This document shows, one piece after another, positions 9,749 through 17,520 of a stretch of DNA of 32,825 nt. The DNA is from a virus (Duplodnaviria; Caudoviricetes), in IMG/VR virus record IMGVR_UViG_3300022074_000197, positions 1-32,825 of that record; one strand, 5' to 3'. Made by a program: the position numbers and the translations under genes. The notes under the pieces were generated by a model, which was given only the letters and a program-made list of their open reading frames with translations, did no database searches and was not told the origin of the DNA. Position 1 is the stretch's first letter. The number at the start of each line of letters is the position of its first letter.

Positions 9749-10078
9749 TCAACTAATCTCTAAAAAACTGGCAATAACATGTAGCCTGTTTGCTGTTGCT
9801 GCTTGAACTTTTAATATTTCACTCTCTTGCACAACCATAGGTGCTGTCAGTAATTCTAAACTTGCATTTGCACCTATAGCTTTTGTTTTAAATAAACTGA
9901 ATGTTGCTGGACTTGATTCTGCATCTGTTATTGTTATTGTTATCGTGTCAGCATTACCTGAATCTTCTGATACGAGTATTGACTTAACTATAGATGTCGT
10001 TGCAGCAGGACAGGTGTAAAGAGTTGTAACATCTGTTGTTGTTAAATCTTTTTTAGCATTTTTATAATTATTAGGCAT
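9749..10078 (-). CDS. small beta-rich structural protein (109 aa, MPNNYKNAKKDL...)
   Basis: ATG 10078 overlaps the upstream TAA (TAATG); Thr-rich beta-sandwich-like pattern; lies after the tail hub gene. Confidence 0.7.
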   Translation of the reverse strand: MPNNYKNAKKDLTTTDVTTLYTCPAATTSIVKSILVSEDSGNADTITITITDAESSPATFSLFKTKAIGANASLELLTAPMVVQESEILKVQAATANRLHVIASFLEIS

Positions 10079-10257
10079 TAGGCAAGAAACCACGCTGTTT
10101 GTTCTGCGATCTCAACAGATTTATCTTGACCTGTTGTTTGAGCAAAAACATTATTTTGTTGTATAATCTCTAATGTATTAATCAACCTTGTCATTTGACC
10201 TTGATTGTATTGAGGTGGAGGTGATGGAAGTCTTACATTGACTGTGGGTGCACTCAT
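10078..10257 (-). CDS. small hypothetical structural protein (59 aa, MSAPTVNVRLPSPPPQYNQGQM...AWFLA); not in ORF track
   Basis: ATGA overlap with the upstream stop and TAATG overlap with the downstream start; fills the gap exactly. Confidence 0.75.
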   Translation of the reverse strand: MSAPTVNVRLPSPPPQYNQGQMTRLINTLEIIQQNNVFAQTTGQDKSVEIAEQTAWFLA

Positions 10258-12161
10258 CTCAATCCATCCTTTCTTACATTAACTCTAAAGTCTCCAAGGG
10301 TCCAATCATCTGTTGTTCCAGAACTTGAGAACTTCATACTCACTTGTCTTCCCTTTGCTCTTACACTTATGTTATCAGTTGAGGATGTTATGTTAAAACC
10401 ACCTTTTGTTGTTTCTGTCCCTTGAGGGTGTTTTCTTGTATTTAACGAAACTGATAATGTTGTGTCAGAAGTCATAGTTGTGTCAGGAATAATTCTATCA
10501 ATCATGTAAAGTTCATTTCCATCTTGAGTTATCTCTCTTGGAGCAGTTTCTACATGGCAATTCATAGCAGACCCATCATCAGATGTTCCAGTTTCATGGT
10601 CATAAAGAAAGCCACTAGCATCAAATGCAAAAGGAACTTGTCTAAATCCAAATGCATCATTCCAACTTGTTCTATCAAGAGTTCCTATAGACCAGTTGTT
10701 CTCTCCATAATTGTAAATTACATAAGAGTCGTTTTCAGGATTTGTGCTACCTGCAGAGTTTTGATCTGATACATAAAACCATATGACCTCTTTAAATTTT
10801 TTATTATGTCCAGCTGTTACTTTGTCAATAAAATTTCTTTGCATCCTATCAAAAATAAAATGTTGTACTGGGCAAGGGAGTTCTTTTACAATACCATCAT
10901 AAAAGTAAAATTGTCTTTTGCCCATCCAATAAACATCACCATCAACTTGCACCATAGTGTTTAAACCACCAGCACCTGCATCAGTTGCCAATAACCTAAA
11001 TTGAAAAGTAAAAGGTGGGCCAACAAAAGTCATACCATAAATTGCTTCATCAGTTGATATAATCATTTCTTCTCTAGCACTTATCATAGATATTATTTTT
11101 GTCCCGAGTTGTAATCTTTGATCACCTGCAGTATTTGTCGCAGTTGGTTTAAAGTTTGCGAAGTCTTCTTGATCAGAGAAACGAACTAACATCTCGTCAA
11201 CATTACCAGCACCACCAAACTCTTGGCACCCAGCAGCAATAAAGTGCCTGTCAGGGAAAGATATAGCTGTAACTCTTGCAATACTAGGAACACTATCAGC
11301 ACCACTAATTCCCGATAATAAAACAGCTCTGTTAGATTCTCCTGCAGATGTATCGTAATAATATATAGCACCATTCCTTACACCAGCAATAAGATCCTCA
11401 CCCCAAAGGTTTAAAGTCCAAGATGAGTTATCAAATCTAACATCGGAAGATGCTTGACTTCTTGGTGTTCCCCATGTTCCTACATTCCAACCACCTACAC
11501 CCCAACCCAATGCTGGATCAGAACTTTGCTTGCCTAAACCTGCATCAAGACCAATAAGATATTTTATATCGAGTGCTGTGCCACCCCCAGCAGAAACTGT
11601 TGAACTGGCATTAGAGGGAGCAGTTATTGTAAAAGTATTTGTGTCAGCAGTCTCAACTTCGTATCCAGCTTTCCTGTTAAGAGTGTCAGCAGCAATACCA
11701 CCAGTCGCTGTTGCTTCTTCTATAACAACATAATCACCAACCTGAGCACCATGACTGTTATCTGTTACTGTTATAGTTGCGCTCCCATCAGTTGTAGCAA
11801 GAGGGTTTGACAGGTTTGTTGAGGTCTTTCTCAAAGGTGTTATGTCATAAACGCTGTTGTTTTTAATTATATAAAGATGCGTATGTGTTCCAACTGCAAG
11901 TCTATCTTCACCATCAGCCACAGCTCTCCAGTTTACAACTTTTCTTGGGATTCCTTGAAGGGATGTTGGTGTTGTTGTCACTGCACCTCCAGCATCAAGT
12001 TCTGTTATAACATCTTTTTGCCAGCCACCAAGTTTTTGAGGATAGCCATTTTTAAATCTTACAAGATCACCATCAACATAAAATGGACCATTCTTTCCAG
12101 CAGAATACTCTGTTATGTCTTTTACAATTCCAGCAGCATATTTTAATAACTGTAGAGGCAT
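10254..12161 (-). CDS. tail hub/nozzle protein (P22 gp10 / tail tubular protein B-like beta-propeller)
   Basis: ~635 aa; DGDLVRF...PQKLGGW start, LVRFSDQED, VYWMG, VIWFY and C-terminal VRAKGRQVSMKF...WTLGDFRVNVRKDGLR; TGATG overlap places the start at 12161. Confidence 0.7.
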   Translation of the reverse strand: MPLQLLKYAAGIVKDITEYSAGKNGPFYVDGDLVRFKNGYPQKLGGWQKDVITELDAGGAVTTTPTSLQGIPRKVVNWRAVADGEDRLAVGTHTHLYIIKNNSVYDITPLRKTSTNLSNPLATTDGSATITVTDNSHGAQVGDYVVIEEATATGGIAADTLNRKAGYEVETADTNTFTITAPSNASSTVSAGGGTALDIKYLIGLDAGLGKQSSDPALGWGVGGWNVGTWGTPRSQASSDVRFDNSSWTLNLWGEDLIAGVRNGAIYYYDTSAGESNRAVLLSGISGADSVPSIARVTAISFPDRHFIAAGCQEFGGAGNVDEMLVRFSDQEDFANFKPTATNTAGDQRLQLGTKIISMISAREEMIISTDEAIYGMTFVGPPFTFQFRLLATDAGAGGLNTMVQVDGDVYWMGKRQFYFYDGIVKELPCPVQHFIFDRMQRNFIDKVTAGHNKKFKEVIWFYVSDQNSAGSTNPENDSYVIYNYGENNWSIGTLDRTSWNDAFGFRQVPFAFDASGFLYDHETGTSDDGSAMNCHVETAPREITQDGNELYMIDRIIPDTTMTSDTTLSVSLNTRKHPQGTETTKGGFNITSSTDNISVRAKGRQVSMKFSSSGTTDDWTLGDFRVNVRKDGLR

Positions 12162-12670
12162 CAAATCATCTCTAAGGCTTTTTCTTTAGTTTCTTCGTTT
12201 CTTCTTGTCCAACCTTTGCCGAATGTATCGAAAGTAGACAATGACTCATAGAATTTTTGCCTTATGGCTTTGTAATTATTTATTGTCTCTTCAATTCCAT
12301 GGTGCTGTATATATTCTTCTAATGTCCTCAGAGTGTTTGGTCCAATTCCACCATCTGCCTCTGTGCCTATCATTGTTTGTAACTTTTTTGCTGCTCTGCC
12401 AACACCACTGTTAACAGCCCAATCAAATACAGCTAGGTCTAAACCAGATGGAAGGTGATCACATTTTGCTCTTTTCCAATAATTGTTTTCATAAATAGGT
12501 GCAACATCTTCAACAGTTAAATCAACCATATCTTTTAAGCCACCCCATTCTTTGTAAACTCTTTTTGTTACTCCAAGATTGGTTTCTCCTCCAGGATCTC
12601 TAGGGTGATTGACATAGCCACCTTCATGATGCAATATCATTTCTAAACATTTATCAAAATTTTCTCTCAT
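12161..12670 (-). CDS. endolysin, glycoside hydrolase family 108 with C-terminal peptidoglycan-binding region
   Basis: HEGGYVNHPRDPGGETNLGVT catalytic motif, FDWAVNSG, DGGIGPNTL and FGKGWTRR. Confidence 0.93.
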   Translation of the reverse strand: MRENFDKCLEMILHHEGGYVNHPRDPGGETNLGVTKRVYKEWGGLKDMVDLTVEDVAPIYENNYWKRAKCDHLPSGLDLAVFDWAVNSGVGRAAKKLQTMIGTEADGGIGPNTLRTLEEYIQHHGIEETINNYKAIRQKFYESLSTFDTFGKGWTRRNEETKEKALEMI

Positions 12671-13068
12671 TTCGCTAATCCTTTTGTTTTCTCATATGTT
12701 CTTAAACCACCTAAACCTAGCATTCCCAACAATACAGTCATTAAGGAATCCATGTCAAAGGCTGGGAGTTCTGGCAACTCTGCACCTGCCCAACCTGCAA
12801 TGAATAATATGATTGGGGATACCACGAAATGATAAGCCAAAGCAATGCCACAGATCCAACCAATAAAAGGACGCCAACCTGCAACAAATATTGACCTATG
12901 TTGAGCTTCTGACTTGTTGACATCCACTTGCGCCATCGCAGAGTCATGAGCGTGCTTTTCTGCCATAGTTGCAATCTCATGCGCCAACTTAGCCTTTTGA
13001 TCTTTGTCTTCAATAAATTTATCGAGTATGCCTGCAACTGGTCCTACCAATGTTGATAATATGCTCAT
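12667..13068 (-). CDS. holin (GTA 3TM holin-like)
   Basis: EAQHRSIFVAGWRPFIGWICG and LLGMLGLGGLRTYEK motifs; adjacent to the endolysin. Confidence 0.85.
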   Translation of the reverse strand: MSILSTLVGPVAGILDKFIEDKDQKAKLAHEIATMAEKHAHDSAMAQVDVNKSEAQHRSIFVAGWRPFIGWICGIALAYHFVVSPIILFIAGWAGAELPELPAFDMDSLMTVLLGMLGLGGLRTYEKTKGLAK

Positions 13069-13400
13069 TTCTTTTCATTTCCGTTTCTTTTCGAAAGTTG
13101 ATTAAACCCTATAAAGCTTGCTAAAACACCCATGTTACTGAGAACCCAGATCTCTGCGATGCCTGAAAGATGATCTATTCTTTCTATTGGCACAACTGGA
13201 GTCATTAACACCACGATAAAGATTGTAACTGTCAATGCTGAAAACCATACTAGATGCCTTTGCTGATCTTCTTTTTTGTCTCTGTTTTCCAAAAGAACCA
13301 TTCTTTCTTTTATAGCCATCTCTTTGTCAGTAACCATGCCATCACCATTTGTGTCAGCTTTTTCCCAGATAGATCCTTTTTCTAATGTCTTTTGAACCAT
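13065..13400 (-). CDS. two-TM membrane protein with an EF-hand-like loop
   Basis: DTNGDGMVTDKE 12-residue loop followed by two hydrophobic helices; located in the lysis cassette. Confidence 0.7.
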   Translation of the reverse strand: MVQKTLEKGSIWEKADTNGDGMVTDKEMAIKERMVLLENRDKKEDQQRHLVWFSALTVTIFIVVLMTPVVPIERIDHLSGIAEIWVLSNMGVLASFIGFNQLSKRNGNEKK

Positions 13401-13573
13401 TAAAAACCTCTTGCAATTATTCCTATAAGAAGAACAATTATAGTGCCAGCTGTTCCTATAAGAATGTGCTCTATTCTTTTTACCCTATGTATTGTTTCTA
13501 TCCATCGCTCATCAGTGACAGCGATATGTTTTTGTAAAATTACATTAAGTTGTGTTGTTGTTGGTCTAACCAT
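13400..13573 (-). CDS. small coiled-coil protein with C-terminal TM helix (XhlA-like / holin accessory)
   Basis: 57 aa from ATG 13573: HIAVTDERWIETIHRVKRIE followed by ILIGTAGTIIVLLIGII. Confidence 0.65.
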   Translation of the reverse strand: MVRPTTTQLNVILQKHIAVTDERWIETIHRVKRIEHILIGTAGTIIVLLIGIIARGF

Positions 13574-13964
13574 TAGTCCACCCTTTTGTATTATCAGATT
13601 GATGAAGGTCTTCGTCCCACAAATAACCTGCAATTTTAGGATGTTCTATAGGGGGTTGCCAATCCCATGTAGTGTTACTAAAAGTCCAACTTGGAAAAGG
13701 CGCATTAGGGCTGTAAAAAACATCATTCACTGCGTCATACTTCATACCTACTCCTGCAAATCTGTATCGTAATGCTTTACTTTGGTCAGCACTTTCTTGT
13801 CGTGGTTTAGAGTTAGGAACATAATGTTTTCCGTCCCTTGTATTGTAGCTTGTTTTTATCCACTTGGATTTATCACCCCAGTTTCCTGTATCAAGTTCAG
13901 CTTCTTTTATTACAATAACTTCTTGAACTATTCCGTTATCATCTATTTTTGCCCAGTGTCCCAT
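13566..13964 (-). CDS. tail-fibre-associated protein
   Basis: HWAKID...VQEVIV...WIKTSYNT...AGVGMKYD...PFPSW...WQPP pattern, which typically follows Gly-rich tail proteins in aquatic phages. Confidence 0.6.
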   Translation of the reverse strand: MGHWAKIDDNGIVQEVIVIKEAELDTGNWGDKSKWIKTSYNTRDGKHYVPNSKPRQESADQSKALRYRFAGVGMKYDAVNDVFYSPNAPFPSWTFSNTTWDWQPPIEHPKIAGYLWDEDLHQSDNTKGWTNG

Positions 13965-13972
13965 ATATTACC

Positions 13973-14953
13973 TCAGTTTTGATACTTATATCTAATCATT
14001 ACAATTCCAGAGCCACCATTACCACCCATGTAAGAGAAATATTCGTAGCCACCTCCACCACCACCACCAGTGTTGGCTGTTCCAGGATCTCCTTCATCGT
14101 CAGAACGACCTCCTGCACCACCTCCACCAGAACCACCAGCTGCTTCAGAACCACTTATATATACGCCACCTCCACCACCACCACCTCTGGTAGCACCATT
14201 GTAATTTGCGTTACCTGTGCTAGAGCCATCTCCCCCTGCACCTGGATTTCCATAAGTTCCTGTTGCCTGTTTATCTGCTCCTACAGCTCCTTTTCCACCA
14301 CCTCCTGCTCCAGGACTGCCTCCCCCTGTTGTATCACCACCTGCGTTTCCTTGACCTGCTGTTCCTGATGCTCCAGAAGTATATTGTCTACCACCACCAC
14401 CTCCTGAACCTCCACTTAACGCAGCAACACGAGTTGAGTAATTGTCAGAACCTCTACCACCACCAGTTGCAGTGGTGCTTGCTATTGATGAATCAGCACC
14501 ATTAGTTGGTTCGTTTATTGCTTGAGCACCACCTGCTCCAACTGTGATAGCATATCCTTGAGCAGACATTGTAAGTGTGCCAGTACGATAACCTCCTGCA
14601 CCTGCACCTCCACCTGCAACACCTCCACCTGCTCCACCACCTGCAATTATAATGTAGTCTATGTCTGTATATGCTGAACCACCTGCACCTGCAGTATTAA
14701 CTGTGAATGTGCCAGAGGAAGTAAAGTAATGAAACTTGTAGTCACCTGATGTTGTTGTTGAACCACCAGAAGCTGCAATGTGAGTTATATTAGATGCACC
14801 ATAAAACTCATTGAAAGCACTTTGTGCGCCATCAGCTTTATCAATCAATCCTCTAATATCAGCATCATTTATAGAACACGATGATCCACTTGAACCATCA
14901 ACTTCAACATGCATTTGATCAAGGCTTATTGATCCAGAGCTAGGCAGTGTCAT
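13973..14953 (-). CDS. glycine-rich adhesin / receptor-binding protein (polyglycine sandwich type)
   Basis: Many GGGGG runs, IIAGGGAGG start of the Gly-rich domain, GNGGSGIVMIRY terminus; short N-terminal MTLPSSGSISL...EFYGAS module. Confidence 0.7.
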   Translation of the reverse strand: MTLPSSGSISLDQMHVEVDGSSGSSCSINDADIRGLIDKADGAQSAFNEFYGASNITHIAASGGSTTTSGDYKFHYFTSSGTFTVNTAGAGGSAYTDIDYIIIAGGGAGGGVAGGGAGAGGYRTGTLTMSAQGYAITVGAGGAQAINEPTNGADSSIASTTATGGGRGSDNYSTRVAALSGGSGGGGGRQYTSGASGTAGQGNAGGDTTGGGSPGAGGGGKGAVGADKQATGTYGNPGAGGDGSSTGNANYNGATRGGGGGGGVYISGSEAAGGSGGGGAGGRSDDEGDPGTANTGGGGGGGYEYFSYMGGNGGSGIVMIRYKYQN

Positions 14954-16449
14954 TATTTATTCTCCAGTTCCTCAACTCTTTTTGTAAGTTCTTTGACTGC
15001 TTCTATAAGAACTGCTGTTATTCTACTATAATCAACAGACTTTGTCCCCATCTCATCATCAGCAGTAAGAACAATGTTAGGCAAAACTTCCTCAACCTCT
15101 TGAGCTATCACACCAATATTCTCTCTGCCATCCCGAGTATATGTTACACCTCTAAGGTTGTTGACTTTTTCTAATCCATATTCGAGTGTATTTATATTAG
15201 ACTTTAATCTTACGTCAGAGAAAGCTGTTACGTTATCGTTGAATGTTGCAGCTCCTGCAGCAGACATATCAAGAGTGAGAGCAGTAATTGTTGACCCACC
15301 ATCTTCACCCTTAAGTATTATATCTTTGTCGTTTACTTCAGAACTTATTACAAAGTCACTTGATACATTCCTTAATCTACCTATAGTTGTGCCACCATCA
15401 TTAAAGAAAAAATTACCTCCGTCAGCGTCAAGAACTATCTCACCTGCTACATCTAGTGTTAAGTCCCCAGAAGATAAATCTATTTCTGTGCCATCTATGG
15501 TTATGTTATCAACTACAACCCCAGCATTAGCTGTAACTGCTCCTGTCACCCCTAAAGTTCCTGCCATAGTGACTCCTGTTGCACCAGTTGGAATCTGTAT
15601 GACAGCAGTATCTGCGTCGTTCTTTATAGTTATGTCGTTGGTGCTTCCTTGCCCTGTTAAGATTAAACCTTCTGCTGCTGTGTAACCAATTGCAGCATTA
15701 TCACCAGCAGATGTGTCTCCATCTGCATTTAGTGTAGATCCTGTTATGTCACTTGTAACATCTAAAGTTCCAGCCATTGTCACACCTGTGGCACCTGTCG
15801 GAATTTGTATGACAGCAGTATCTGCATCATTCTTTATAGTTACATCATTTGTCGAGCCTTGCCCTGTTAATATAAGTCCTTCGGCAGCAGTATAACCTAT
15901 TGCAGCATTGTCAGCAGCAGATGTGTCTCCTGTTGCCTCAAGAGTTGTTCCTGTTATAACTCCAGATGAAGTGATAGCACCAGATGAAGTTAGAGCTGCA
16001 ACTGTGGTTGTTCCTGTTAAATCTAAATCAACTAAAGCATCAGTGACAGCAGCACCAGATCCTGCACCATCTAAATAAACTGCCTTAACAGCACCTGTTC
16101 CTATTGTAACATTTGCACCACTACCTTGACTTATAATTATATTCTGAGATCCAGAAGTTCCATTTTCTATAATATGCAAACGACTCATAGTGTTTGGTCC
16201 AATTGTTATTGTACAAGCAGAGTCTAAGGTTCCTGTATATTTTATATAGATCGCTCTTCCTGGATCTGTTGCACCATCAGCAACTGTCGTTGTATGAGTG
16301 TCAGCGTTTGTTGTTATTGCTTCAGTTCCAAACCCTAAAGCTTCAGATATAAGTTCAAGGTTTGTATTTGTTACATTACCCCATGTTCCCGACTGATCAC
16401 CAGTTCCCATCTCATTGAGTCTGAGATCATTTACAAATGTGCTTGTCAT
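14953..16449 (-). CDS. tail fibre with C-terminal intramolecular chaperone (peptidase S74) domain
   Basis: FSDVRLKSNI...GVIAQEVEEVLP...KSVDYSRITAVLIEAVKEL; N-terminal GDQSGTWGNVTNTNL attachment region; internal 70-aa tandem repeat. Confidence 0.88.
   Translation of the reverse strand: MTSTFVNDLRLNEMGTGDQSGTWGNVTNTNLELISEALGFGTEAITTNADTHTTTVADGATDPGRAIYIKYTGTLDSACTITIGPNTMSRLHIIENGTSGSQNIIISQGSGANVTIGTGAVKAVYLDGAGSGAAVTDALVDLDLTGTTTVAALTSSGAITSSGVITGTTLEATGDTSAADNAAIGYTAAEGLILTGQGSTNDVTIKNDADTAVIQIPTGATGVTMAGTLDVTSDITGSTLNADGDTSAGDNAAIGYTAAEGLILTGQGSTNDITIKNDADTAVIQIPTGATGVTMAGTLGVTGAVTANAGVVVDNITIDGTEIDLSSGDLTLDVAGEIVLDADGGNFFFNDGGTTIGRLRNVSSDFVISSEVNDKDIILKGEDGGSTITALTLDMSAAGAATFNDNVTAFSDVRLKSNINTLEYGLEKVNNLRGVTYTRDGRENIGVIAQEVEEVLPNIVLTADDEMGTKSVDYSRITAVLIEAVKELTKRVEELENK
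15553..15930. repeat. 210-bp-period tandem duplication in the tail fibre (copies 15553-15720 and 15763-15930)
   Basis: 54 of 56 aa identical between copies (GDTSA[A/G]DNAAIGYTAAEGLILTGQGSTND[V/I]TIKNDADTAVIQIPTGATGVTMAGTL). Confidence 0.95.
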
Positions 16450-16895
16450 TAATCTATCCTCACTATTGCATTACTCGCAGTTGCTGCTGGGAACACTATT
16501 TTAAATGTTCCTCCTGAAACTGTGAAGTCACCACCAAAGTCTAATACTGCTATCGCACCTCTAGCATTTGATGAAGCATCTCCAAGTGTTTTGTTATATA
16601 TTAAAGCTCCTCTAGCAGTAAAAGATGCTGAAGTCCACTCTGGATCAGCTGCATCAAATACACCACTTGTGCTATTTTCTGTTACTGCTTTACTTGAGAG
16701 AGCTAGACCTCCTGCTGAATAAGCACTCCCAGATGCATTACTTATTTCATTCGATGTTGTATAACCATCTGTGCTCGCATCAAGACTTGCTGAACTTGTG
16801 TACAATGCGATATGTATTGTATCTGAATCCAAGTGATGATCACCTAGTAACAAATCTTTTTTAAATAATGTACACATTGCTTGTGATATAGCCAT
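16449..16895 (-). CDS. conserved tail-associated structural protein
   Basis: MAISQAMCT.FKK.LL.G.H, IALYTSSA, YSAGG, TARGALIYN and AVLDFGGD motifs; SD GGAGGT. Confidence 0.7.
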   Translation of the reverse strand: MAISQAMCTLFKKDLLLGDHHLDSDTIHIALYTSSASLDASTDGYTTSNEISNASGSAYSAGGLALSSKAVTENSTSGVFDAADPEWTSASFTARGALIYNKTLGDASSNARGAIAVLDFGGDFTVSGGTFKIVFPAATASNAIVRID

Positions 16896-17519
16896 TTAAA
16901 TACCTCCATTATATTCTGCTGTGTAGTTTCGACCCATTTCTTGTTGAAATAGCTGTATTGCCTCATCAAATTGTCCTTTGTACAAGCTTACTGTTTCTGA
17001 GGCTTTAAGGAAAGTAGAAGTTTCATAAAGTGCTGCTTTCAATAAAACATTCTCTGCATTGTTACTCACCCAGCTGTTTGCATTTGAACCAGATAAACCT
17101 GTTTCTGGAGCAGCAAAGTCAACTTGATATGATAAAGTTGAACTTGGTGTTGGTGCTAGAGTTATGACTGTTCCTGATGTTCCTGCATTTTTGGTTGAGT
17201 ACATTCTTGGAGTTCCTGTTGTAGTAGAATTCGGATGATAGTCTCTTAAATAAGAATCAATTCTATGATCTAAAAAGCTGACAACATTACTTGATGTAAC
17301 AAAGACTTGTCTAATCATTCTTGCATTAGCGACAGTATAATCTGCTGTACCAACTGATAATGTTCCTGTTGTTGATTGTCTAAAACAAGGCAGACTTGGC
17401 AGTCTTTGAAATATCATTTCTTCAGCTTGTGATATTATTACATCGATCGAGGCAGTAAGTTCTGTGCTGTCATCTTCAACAAAGTTCTGAATATTTGTTT
17501 TAAGTTCGGTATAATTCAT
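16896..17519 (-). CDS. head-tail adaptor / tail tubular protein A-like
   Basis: Likely start MNYTELKTNIQNF (ATG 17519, just after the upstream stop); I.QAE, GTPRMY, LAPTP and LLKAALYE motifs. Confidence 0.6.
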   Translation of the reverse strand: MNYTELKTNIQNFVEDDSTELTASIDVIISQAEEMIFQRLPSLPCFRQSTTGTLSVGTADYTVANARMIRQVFVTSSNVVSFLDHRIDSYLRDYHPNSTTTGTPRMYSTKNAGTSGTVITLAPTPSSTLSYQVDFAAPETGLSGSNANSWVSNNAENVLLKAALYETSTFLKASETVSLYKGQFDEAIQLFQQEMGRNYTAEYNGGI

Positions 17520-17520
17520 T

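Noticed and set aside
13973-14700. Collagen-like or PE-PGRS protein
   Set aside because: The Gly runs are polyglycine stretches rather than G-x-y triplets, and the context is a phage tail module.
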